Shown: positions 22,660 through 34,400 of the stretch, one piece after another | Numbering within the stretch: the first letter of the stretch is position 1 | Layout of the letters: each line of letters starts with the position of its first letter | DNA from: Macrostomum lignano | Lineage: Eukaryota | Length of the DNA stretch: 64,000 bases | Assembly (NCBI GenBank): GCA_002269645.1 | Contig: NIVC01000907.1 | Location: 186,001 to 250,000 of the forward strand | Reading direction: 5' to 3' | Notes under the pieces: model-generated | Databases searched by the model: none | What the model was told of the DNA's origin: nothing | Seen by the model: only the letters and a program-made list of their open reading frames with translations | Position numbers and translations under genes: made by a program

Positions 22660-24994
22660 CAGTCCATTTCGGCGACAAGTCATTTTGGCGACAACCATTT
22701 CGGCGACAAGTCATTTCGGCGACAACCATTTCGGCGACAATACTTTTGAACAAATTTATTTTATTTATATATTTTTTACTTTTATTTAAATCGAATAAAA
22801 GAAGTCACAAATCCGTCAAATCGGCAGAAGCGCGGAACAAATCGGCAACAAATGTAAGTAAAAGATTAAAAGTAAGATTAAAAGTAAAAGACCTTACTGT
22901 TCCACAGGGGCATTCATGCGGCTGCAAGCGAGCAGAAGTCCCTCTAAAGTCCTGGTGCTGGCCTCATACTCCGCCCAGAGATGGAAGTAGGCCTCCTGCC
23001 TTGCATGCACTGCTGGCCATGCGTCCCGACGAGTGGCACCCTGGCTCAGTAGCGCTGCATCAATCTCAACCTGGTGGGCCTCCTGGTGCAGCAGCTTCAG
23101 CAGCAAGTAGAACTGCACATTAGCCCTCATAGCACGGCGCTGTAGCTTGTTGTGCCAGCCCTCAGTATCATTGTTTGTTCTAATGGCTAGGATAGACTGA
23201 GAGCTCCTGCACTCGCCAGCTGGAGCCGCAGATCCACGTGCCCTGGATGTAGTCACAGAGGCCATTCAGTTCAACATCGGTGACCGTGCTCCGCAGTGTA
23301 TAGAAGGCATTCGCGATTCTGTTGCCAGGCAGAAATGGCAATGCCATGAGTTGTCGGCAGAATGTCTGCGTGCCGTCATCATTCGAGTATGCTGGTGCGA
23401 GGCCAGTGGTGAGGATGCGGCGGTAGATAGCCTGGGTGAAATGAAAGGCACAACCACGCCGCGTAGCTGTTGGAAACTCGGTGTGTACTGCTCGCCACAC
23501 CGCTGCCTCGTAGTCCATCATGCACTCAGATGGCCGGCCATAGAGGACATCACGGGCGAAAGTGAAGACTAAGCGGTAGTCCTCGTAGCCTCTACCAGAC
23601 ATTAGCACCATTAGCAATGGCACCTGCTTTAAGTGCCCTTCAGGGCCGACAACAAATGTGTGCAGTGAGTACAGCTGCTGAAATGGCGCTGGTACAACAC
23701 TGAATGTGCCGTCCAGGTACCAGTTCGTCGCGCGTCGGAGATAGTGTAGCATTGTGGGTGTTGCCATCAGCAGATGTCGTCGACCAGGTTCTCTGATGTC
23801 ATGCACGACAAAGTTCTCAGGCACCGAGGCATGCAATTCGAAATTGATGTCGGCCGGTTCCTCCGGTCGGTCTGCCGCACGCTTGCGATTGGCAGCAGCT
23901 CCTCGCATGCAATCTGTGGCGCCGACGTGAAGAGCTGCTGCTTAGCTCGCGCTGCAACAGCCTGGCGCAGCCTCTTCCTCTCAGCAGGCCAGTACTGCTC
24001 CTCATGGTTGTGCTGTGCGGGACCTGGCGTGAACAGGTTGCCTCGCTGAGTCACTGCATGTCGCCTTGGCATTACGCGTTGTGCACCTCCAGTACACCAC
24101 CTCTCCTCGTCTGCGGCTGATGACAAAAGTAAATCTGCTGTCCACAACAAGCGAGTCCTTGCCTCTGGTTGAACCGCCACGAACAATTTCGAATGGTACT
24201 GCAATTCGTGGTGCGAGATGTTGAGGCGGGGGTACTTCTACTGGGACAGCACCTTGCTGTTGCTGTTCTTGCCAATCAATTCGCTCAGGGTCAGGCTGCT
24301 CAGGCTCAGGCTGCTCAGGGTCAGGCTGCTCAGGCACTGGCCATGAGCACAGGCTGCACAACCAGTCGAAGCTCTCCAGTCTCTGTAGCTGGCGGTAATG
24401 CTGCTGTGTCACGCCGCTGTTGCAGGTCCTATGCTGCCACCTGGAACATTCGTCACATTGCAGCGCTTGCTGCCTATGTCTGACCAGATCGTGGCAAACA
24501 ACACAGCTAAACATGACTGAATAACTGCGAGTAGCGAAGTCAGGTGAAGTGTGAGAGGGCGTGTGCCCTGGACTATATATTTAAACATGGTTAAGTTGAA
24601 CAGACTGGAGGTTGGCGGTATGATAACAAGAGTGCGCGACTGAGGGTAGGAGAGGAGGTTAGAATGTGAGCGGCGGACCAATCAGAAGGGAGGAAAGAAC
24701 GAAAGGATAGAAAGACAGGTCTTATAAGTAAGACAGGTGAGGTTGACGCACATAGAGCGCGGACCAAACTGATCCAAACTCGCTAATTTATATTACATGT
24801 TAAAACAAATACTATAGGCCTAACAGGAATACATTAACAAGTAGAACAATCAAATACATTACATACTCAATAAGCAAACACTATCAGATCCATTATTACT
24901 GCGGTTTCGATGTTTGTCGCCGAAGTGGTTGTCGCCGAAATGACTTGTCGCCAAAATGGTTGTCGCCGAAATGACTTGTCGCCGAAATAGACCG
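22660..24994 (-). mobile_element. Mutator-like (MULE) DNA transposon encoding a frameshifted PHD-FLYWCH-MULE transposase
   Basis: The ~85-bp TIRs are built of TTTCGGCGACAA units (22660-22742 and inverted 24913-24994). The minus ORFs give a PHD finger (CVVC..CDEC..WQH..C..WLCSLC), a FLYWCH domain (YWRC..C..QHNH) and MULE motifs DGTF, DYE, CAFHFTQ and RTNNDTEGWHNKL. There are at least three frame breaks (~24058, ~23880, ~23190). No TSD was found. Confidence 0.9.
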
Positions 24995-25439
24995 GATTCA
25001 ATGAAATGCACTCGTCCACCATTCTTCGAAAAAGGCATTTGTAAATTTTTAAACAACAACTGTAACAAGTAAAACTAATGCGTACTAAAAAGAAAATACT
25101 TATGAACTGTTTTAACTTTAAGCCTAATTTAAAATTTCAATTAAGTTTAAAAAATTGTTTCTAAGCTCTAACGTTTGCTTGGGCTAAATCAGTAGTAGTT
25201 TTGTCTTGATCAGTTTACATTGCTAACTTCACTACCAGAGTTACAATCCAGAGTGTAAAAGTCCGCAAATTGATAACTCGTAATTAAACCATAATCATTT
25301 TGATCTCTCTCAGCTCGATCGAATTGACCCATATTAGTCTACAAACTCAAGTAAAACAAAGTCAAATTTTGTTTCTAATTTTAACTTAAATTTATATAGA
25401 CGTATAGTCCTATAGACTCCAAGTTTTCTAGCTGGAAAA

Positions 25440-28400
25440 ATGAGCAACCCAACTTTTGAAGCTGCATTAGCTAAAGCAAAACAGGTAAGGCATTGGGAAG
25501 TCTGTTATAATATACTTTTGTAAACTTTCACAAATTTCATGTCCTTGCAACTTGTCTGTTATTGCTAGGTAATTAACAGGTAGCGGGCTTATGGATCCAG
25601 AGAATTTTGAATGAACTATATGAACTATAACTTTTGCCAACACATTTTCTGACACATCTTTTGACACTTTTTACAACTCTTAAAATGTTGCAAAAGTGTC
25701 AGATGTGTCCAAAAATGTGTCAGTAAAAGTTATACAAATTTTTTAACAGGGGGTACAGATTGCTTAAGTACATATATATCATATATTATATACCATAGGC
25801 CTTGTCCGGATCATGGCAGGTGTATGCCAGAATGAAAATTATGTTTTTTCAATTTTACGCGGAAACTAAAATTGTTTATATGCCATTTTTTAACATATAT
25901 ATTTTTTTAGGAACTCAAAACTTTTACTAAACTTTAAAACAGCTATTTTTGCTAAAAACTAATATTCTTTGTTTTAATTTTTATTTTCTCGTGATCATAT
26001 TCATATTTTCTATTTTAGTTTTCAATTATTTTTAAAAAGCCTTCAACGTTGGTTGTAGTGTTCCGCTATAAGGAGGGTCCATGTACCATAGCCATAGCCG
26101 TAAGCAAAACTATGGCTTATTCCAATTCTCCATATTCTGTAGCCATAGGGACCCTAAAATTATCATATTCCCATAGTCCCCATAGCTATAGCTGTAGTTT
26201 TAACAAAAAGTCTAGAAAACAAAATATTTTGAATCAAAAAGATAACCTAGTGCTTAAATAACTACAAATTAAGAAAATAAAAGAAACACTCAATTGCCCT
26301 TGTAAGATTATATTTTGTCTTTTTTAGAGCAACAATACTTAATCGTTACTGAAAGTACTAATGCTAAACTTTTTCACATTAATTAAAATTAGAGTTTGCT
26401 AGTGTTTTATTGTACTTTTTTAGATATATTTCTAAGTTTCTAGGTGGATAATACAGTTTACTAAAAGTATCTTGTTTTATTCTACCTGTTTCTAATATTT
26501 TTTCTATTTTTTAATATTAATAACTATGGCTACAGGAATTTACAGAATGTGACAGCAACTACCATATTTCCATAGTTATAGCCATAAGAGCAGCTAGTTA
26601 CCATAGGTATATCTATAGCTACCATAGGCACCTATTTTACTATATTTGCCGTAGGATCCCATCGTCGTAGCTACAGCTAGTTGGAACACTAGTTGGTTGA
26701 TATTTAACTACACAATTACATTAGCCTTGAACTTTGCTATTTTTTGTATGCCGACTGTGTACACTTCATGTTGAACCTGAAAATTCAATATGCCAAGTGT
26801 ACACCAAGATTGTTAGCGAGAGCAAAAATTTCTAGCGTAAAGGCCACCTTCTGGACTATAGATTATATATACTATATCTATATGTATAATAATGTATATT
26901 TTCTATAAAAATAAAAAAAATTCTAATGCAATGGAAGGAATACAATCTACTTTGGTAATAGCCACTTCAGTAACAGCTACTTTGGTAACAAAGCAAATTT
27001 ATAGCTGTTAACATTATATTTTCATGGTAGTTAACTTTAGTAACTAATTAGTAACTAACTATTAGTTTAATAATTAACTTTTACACTATTTTATTGCCAA
27101 GTATGGTTTAACTTTCTAGTTAAACTAAATTATAATTTGTTTAAATCTGATTTAAATTTGTAAAAAATTTAAAGGTAGCAAAGAACAATGTCAATATACA
27201 TTATAGTCCGGATCATACTAGGTGCATACCTGAACAAAAATTGAATAATTATAAATGCATGCCAAAAAATTTAGTGCATGCCCATTCTCAAAAATATATT
27301 GGTATTGCAACAATAAATGACCTTTTATGTTATGACAATAAATGACTTTTTTAATTGCATAATAGATAATTTGGTTGATTTTTATGCTTTTTTGGCAATA
27401 CTATTTACAAATTTACAGTATAAAATTGATACATGCTAAGATTTGTTTCAATGCTTTTAACAAGCTTGAAAAAACTAGAAAGCTTAAAATTTATACTTAA
27501 TAAATAATTTTTTTTTTCTACTTTATAATAACATTTTCATATGATTCTATAAAGTGCATGCCAGGTATGCATGCATGCTATTTTCTTAAGTGATGCATGC
27601 CAACTATGCACGCCTAATTTTGAAGTGGAAGGCCAATGCATGCCCAATTTTTTGGCATATACTACATGATCTGGAGTGTGGAATATGCAATAGTTTGAAA
27701 GTAAATTTTGAATTAAGTAATTGTAAATAAAGAAATATTAGATTTGATTAATGAAGTCACTAACTGATGTATTCTGATGTATTTGATGTACAGTGTATAT
27801 AGAGATTCTGATGTATATAATATTTAATTAACAGGATGTCTCAGCTTGTATGCATCTAGTATACCTGGAAATTAAAATAAAAATACATTATTTTAAAATA
27901 CACAGAGTTTTTAGCATCAATCCAAATCTCAAAGTTTGCAAGAACATATCCATATACTAAAAATGGTCTGTCGGTATGTGTGTGTGTGTGTGTGTGTGTG
28001 TGATCGATTTTAGCAAAAACGGCTCAACCGATTTTCTTCGAACTTGCACCATTGGATCAGAAATTTTTCCGTGACGGTACATGCATCGTGGCTAAGAAAT
28101 TGCTCGATGCTAAAGGGATTAAATATTCGAAAAACATGCTTTTTTGCAAAGGTCAAGCAGCTCTTTCGACTTGAAATGCATTGTAAGAATGCTAGCAGAA
28201 AAACTGACTGGTTGAATTCTGATTCTGAAATAGATTGCATCACAATACACTTTATTTATCGTCTGTGTACTGGCTGAATTTGACACTCAATTGAATTGCG
28301 TCACAGCTTTGAGTGTGAAGGCATAGCGCAGTACTGAATTTATATTACGTAACCATATTGTAAACTTTCATAGACACTGGTACTGACTTGCCTAAGAAAT

Positions 28401-31400
28401 TGATTATGTCATAACTGCTTCGTGTGACTTTTTACTCTACCTGACTTGGTGTGAGTGTTGAATTATATAAGTAGTACAAATTCACTGATAACTTTGATGA
28501 AAGCTAGCCTAGAGCTGAAGAGCTAGACTGCTAATGCAGCGACCTGGTTTCGAATCTAAGTAGTTTAAAAGTAGTAGTGTAAATTTTTTTATTAAAAGCT
28601 TTTATTAAATATTTAGTCCTTTAATAAAACATTTAGTCCTTTAATAAAACAAAACTTAGATTACTGCACTCGATAAGCCAAGGATTATTGCTATTAATAA
28701 ACTAAGGATTACTGCACTCGATAAACCAAGGACTATTGCTATTATTAAACCAAAGATTACTGCACTTGATTAATCAAGGATTATTGCTATTAATAAACTA
28801 AGGATTACTGCACTCGATAAGCCAAGGATTATTGCTATTAACAAACCAAGGATTACTGCACTCAATAAACCAAGGACTATTGCTATTATTAAACCAAGGA
28901 TTACTGCACTTGATTAATCAAGGATTATTGCTATTAATAAACTAAGGATTACTGCACTTGATAAACCAAGGATTATTGCTATTATTAAACCAAGGATTAC
29001 TGCACTTGATTAATCAAGGATTATTGCTATTAATAAACCAAGGATTACTGCACTCGATAAACCAAGGATTACTGCACTCAAGAAGCGAAGGATTATTGCT
29101 ATTAATAAACCAAGGATTACTGCACTCGATAAGCCAAGGATTATTGCTCTTTATAAACCAAGGATTACTACAATTGGAAAACAAAGGATTACTGCACTCG
29201 AGAAGCCAAGGATTATTGCTATTAATAAACCAAGGATTACTGCACTCGATAAGCCAAGGATTATTGCTATTAATAAGCCAAGGATTAATGCACTCGATAA
29301 ACCAAGGACAATTGCTATTATTAAACCAAGGATTACTGCACTTGATTAATCAAGGATTATTGCTATTAATAAACTAAGGATTACTGCACTCGATAAGCCA
29401 AGGATTATTGCTATTAATAAACCAAGGATTACTGCACTCGATAAACCAAGGACTATTGCTATTAATAAACCAAGGATTACTGCACTCGAGAAACCAAGGA
29501 TTATTGCTATTAATAAACCAAGGATTACTGCACTCAAGAAGCCAAGGATTATTGCTATTAATAAACCAAGGATTACTGCACTCGATAAGCCAAGGATTAT
29601 TGCTCTTTATAAACCAAGGATTACTGCAATTGGAAAACAAAGGATTACTGCACTCGAGAAGCCAAGGATTATTGCTATTAATAAACCAAGGATTACTGCA
29701 CTCGATAAGCCAAGGATTATTGCTATTAATAAACCAAGGATTAATGCACTCGATAAACCAAGGACAATTGCTATTATTAAACCAAGGATTACTGCACTTG
29801 ATTAATCAAGGATTATTGCTATTAATAAACTAAGGATTACTGCACTCGATAAGCCAAGGATTATTGCTATTAATAAACCAAGGATTACTGCACTCGATAA
29901 ACCAAGGACTATTGCTATTAATAAACCAAGGATTACTGCACTCGATAAACCAAGGATTATTGCTATTATTAAACCAAGGATTACTGCACTCAAGAAGCCA
30001 AGGATTATTGCTATTAATAAACCAAGGATTACTACACTCGATAAGCCAAGGATTATTGCTCTTTATAAGCCAAGGATTACTGCAATTGGAAAACAAAGGA
30101 TTACTGCACTCGAGAAGCCAAGGATTATTGCTATTAATAAACCAAGGATTACTGCACTCGATAAGCCAAGGATTATTGCTATTAATAAACCAAGGATTAA
30201 TGCACTCGATAAACCAAGGACAATTGCTCTTGGCAAACCAAGGATTACTGCACTCAAGAAGCCAAGGATTATTGCTATTAATAAACCAAGGATTACTGCA
30301 CTCGATAAGCCAAGGATTATTGCTCTTTATAAACCAAGGATTACTACAATTGGAAAACAAAGGATTACTGCACTCGAGAAGCCAAGGATTATTGCTATTA
30401 ATAAACCAAGGATTACTGCACTCGATAAGCCAAGGATTATTGCTATTAATAAACCAAGGATTAATGCACTCGATAAACCAAGGACAATTGCTCTTGGCAA
30501 ACCAAGGATTACTGCACTCAAGAAGCCAAGGATTATTGCTATTAATAAACCAAGGATTACTGCAATTGGAAAACAAAGGATTACTGCACTCGAGAAGCCA
30601 AGGATTATTGCTATTAATAAACCAAGGATTACTGCACTCGATAAGCCAAGGATTACTGCACTTGGAAAACCAAGGATTACTGCACTCGATAAGCCAAGTA
30701 TTATAGCTATTAATAAACCAAGGATTACTGCACTTAGAAAACCAAAGATTACTGCACTCGATAAGCCAAGGATTATTGCTATTAATAAACCAAGGATTAC
30801 TGCACTCGATAAGCCAAGGATTACTGCACTTGGAAAACCAAGGATTACTGCACTCGATAAGCCAAGTATTATAGCTATTAATAAACCAAGGATTACTGCA
30901 CTTAGAAAACCAAAGATTACTGCACTCGATAAGCCAAGGATTATTGCTATTAATAAACCAAGGATTACTGCACTCGAGAAGCCAAGGATTATTACTATTA
31001 ATAAACCAAGGATTACTGCACTCAATAAGCCAAAGATTATTGGTCTTAATAAACCAAGGATTACTTCACTCCATAGCCAAGGATTACTGCGGTTGATAAG
31101 CTTGGCTACATGTATAGGATTATTTCTATCCAGGGATGCTTGCTATTTAGGAATTCTTGCTATGTGCAGGATGCTTGCTATCTGGAAGGATGCTTTTTTA
31201 CATTATTTGGGGGATGCTTGCTATCTGGAAGGATGCTTCTACATTATTTGGGGGATGCTTGCTATCTGGGTGGATGCTTTTATCCGGGGGATGCTTCTAT
31301 TTGGGGGATGCTTGCTATCTGCAAGATGCTTGCTATCTGCAGATGCTTGCTATCTGGGTGGATACTTGCTAGGAGTATTAGGGGATGCTTGCTATCTGGG

Positions 31401-34400
31401 TGGATACTTGCTAGGAGTATTAGGGGATGCTTGCTGTCTGCGGTTGTTTACTTTTGGAGGAGGGTGCTTGCTACTGGGGGGATGCTTGCTGTCTTGGGAA
31501 TATTTTCTATTTAGGGGTAATGACTGTGATCTTTGTGAAAGCTATATTTTCTTGTCTGTTTATTAATTTTAGAAAAAAAGAGATTCATAGCAAATATTAT
31601 TGTCCATGACAATTTTAAATGAATAAGGTGATTTTTAAAAGTGATGAAGGACTTAGTTTTTAAGAAAATGTGCTTTTTCATTGATTTCCATAAACTATTT
31701 TTGCTTCGTTCTTATTGGGCGCCCCAAAGGGGGGCCGCACTAGATTGCTTCCAATATACTAAAAATGGTCTGTCTGTGTCTATCTATCTATCTATGTGAT
31801 CGATTAGAGAAAAAATGGCTGGACCGATTTTGTTCGAACTTGCACTGTTCGATCAGAAATTTTCCTGTGACGGTACATGTGTCTTGGCTAAGAAATTTCT
31901 CAATGCTAAAGGCATTAAATATTCGAAAAACATGCTTTTTTGCAAAGGTCAAGCAAACTTTTCGACTTGAAATGCATTGTAAGAATGCTAGAGAAAAAAC
32001 CGACTGGTTGAATTCTGATTCTGAAATAGATTGCATCATAACTGAATTGTAACTCCGACTTGATTTGCGTCACAGTATTGAAAATGCAGTGTGGAAGCGC
32101 CGTAGCACCAGACTTGATTTAGATTGCGTAACCATATTGTTAACTGATACTGACTGACTGAGAAATTGATTATGTCACAACTGCCTCGTGTGATCTAATA
32201 CTAAAAATGGTCTGTCGGTATGTGTGTGTGTGTATGTGTGTGTGTGAATTATATATAAGTGCTAAAATTCATGTTATCAAAACGATGAGAGATAGCCTAG
32301 AGGTAAACAGACTGAACTGCTAAATGCAGCGACGATGGTTCGAATTTTCATACAGTAGTGGAATTTTTTTAATTAATGCTTTTTAACGCTAAGAAAACTA
32401 AAAATTCATGGAAGCGTCATGTAAAAAATCATAGAAAAGTCAAGTAAAAGAATCATTGAAGCGTCATGAAAAATCATAGAAGCGTCATGTAAACAATCAT
32501 AAAAGAGTCATGTCAGAATCATAGAAGCATCATGTAAACAATCATAAAAGCGTCATGTATAATATCATAGAAGTGTCATGTAAACAATCATAAAAGAGTC
32601 ATGTCAGAATCATAGAAGCGTCTTGTAAACAATCATAAAAGCGTCATGTATAATATCATAGAAGTGTCATGTAAACAATCAAAGAAGCGCCATGTAAAAA
32701 ATCATAGAAGCGTCATGTAAAAAATCATAGAAGCGTCAGGTAAAAAATAATAGAAGCATCATGTAAAAATCATAGAAGCGTCATGTAAACAATCATAGAA
32801 GCGTCATGAGAAAATCATAGAAGCGTCATGTAAACAATCATAGAAGCGTCATGAAAAAATCCTAGAAGCGTCATGTAAACAATCATATAAGCGTCATGTA
32901 AACAATCATAGAAGCGTCATGTAAACAATCATAGAAGCGTCATGTAAACAATCATTTAAGCCTCAGAAAATAATCAAGTAAGCGTCATGAAAAAATCATA
33001 GAAGCGTCATGTAAAAGATCATAGAAGCGTCATGTAAACAATCATATAAGCGTAATATAAAAAATCATAGAAGCATCATGTAAACAATCATAGAAGCGTC
33101 ATGTAAAAATCATAGAAGCGTCATGTAAACAATCATAGAAGCATCATGAAAAAATCATAGAAGCGTCATGTAAAAAATCATACAAGCGTCATGAAAAAAT
33201 CATAGAAGCGTCATGTAAACAATCATAGAAGCGTCATGTAAACAATCATAGAAGCGTCATGAAAAAATCATAGAAGCGTCATGTAAAAATCATAGAAGCG
33301 TCATGTAAAAAATCCTAGAAGCGTCATGTAAAAATCATAGAAGCGTCATGTAAACAATCATAGAAGCATCATGAAAAAATCATAGAAGCGTCATGTAAAA
33401 AATCATACAAGCGTCATGAAAAAATCATAGAAGCGTCATGAAAACAATCATAGAAGCGTCATGTAAACAATCATAGAAGCGTCATGAAAAAATCATAGAA
33501 GCGTCAGGTAAAAAATAATAGAAGCATCATGTAAAAATCATAGAAGCGTCATGCAAAAATCATAGAAGCGTCATGTAAACAATCATAGAAGCGTCATGTA
33601 AACAATCATAGAAGCGTCATGAAAAAATCATAGAAGCGTCAGGTAAAAAATAATAGAAGCATCATGTAAAAATCATAGAAGCGTCATGCAAAAATCCTAG
33701 AAGCGTCATGTAAACAATCATAGAAGCGTCATGTAAACAATCATAGAAGCGTCATGTAAACAATCATAGAAGCGTCATGTAAAAATCATTTAAGCCTCAT
33801 AAAATAATCAAGTAAGCATCATGAAAAAATCATAGAAGCGTCATGTAAAAGATCATAGAAGCGTCATGTAAACAATCATATAAGTGTCATGTAAAAAATC
33901 ATAGAAGCATCATGAAAAAATCATAGAAGCGTCATGTAAAAATCATAGAAGCGTCATGTAAACAATCATAGAAGCGTCATGAAAAAATCATAGAAGCATC
34001 ATGTAAACAATCATATAAGCGTCATGTAAAAAATCATAGAAGCATCATGAAAAAATCATAGAAGCGTCATGTAAAAATCATAGAAGCATCATGTAAAAAT
34101 CATAGAAGCGTCATGTAAACAATCATAGAAGCGTCATGAAAAAATCATAGAAGCGTCATGTAAAGATCAAAAGAAGCGTCATGTCAGACATGAAAGGTGT
34201 CATGTAAAAATTAAATGAAGCTGTAGTAGTGCTATGCTGGGGAGAATTACTGAGACGTCAAGGCTCACAGAGAATAACTGAGATTACGGGGGGGGGGGGG
34301 TTTCTGAGATGTCAAAGCAAAAGTCAGAAGCTACTTCAAAGTTCATGTACTTTACTCAATTTTTTTATTACATTTTTTGTTGGCTCGCCATGGGGGCGCT

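Larger units (their letters stand above)
27949..31749 (+). mobile_element. Non-autonomous Helitron-like unit 1 (carries the 24-bp satellite)
   Basis: Starts A|TCCATATACTAAAAATGGTCTGTC + (GT)n + ..AACCGATTTT. Its ~600-bp head is homologous to the head of unit 2. It ends with a GC hairpin (GCGCCCCAAAGGGGGGC, ~31719-31735) followed by TAGATTGCT, abutting unit 2. Confidence 0.7.

Noticed and set aside
22640-25010. Target-site duplication and LTRs around the MULE/gag region
   Set aside because: The flanks CCCTCCAAA and GATTCAATG do not match at 8-10 bp, and no direct repeats bracket the gag relic.
26050-26700. Recurring CATAGCCATAG / CTATGGCTA motifs (also ~36500-36600)
   Set aside because: Probably a very old repeat, but I could not define boundaries, TIRs or a TSD.
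28958-31566. Hydrophobic repeat ORFs (LLLINQGLLHS, SAVILGLLIAII)
   Set aside because: Satellite translations in several frames on both strands.
28655-34200. CRISPR-like look of the conserved CCAAGGATTA core alternating with variable segments
   Set aside because: The intervening segments are recurring monomer variants rather than unique spacers; there are no cas genes and the context is a eukaryotic intron.
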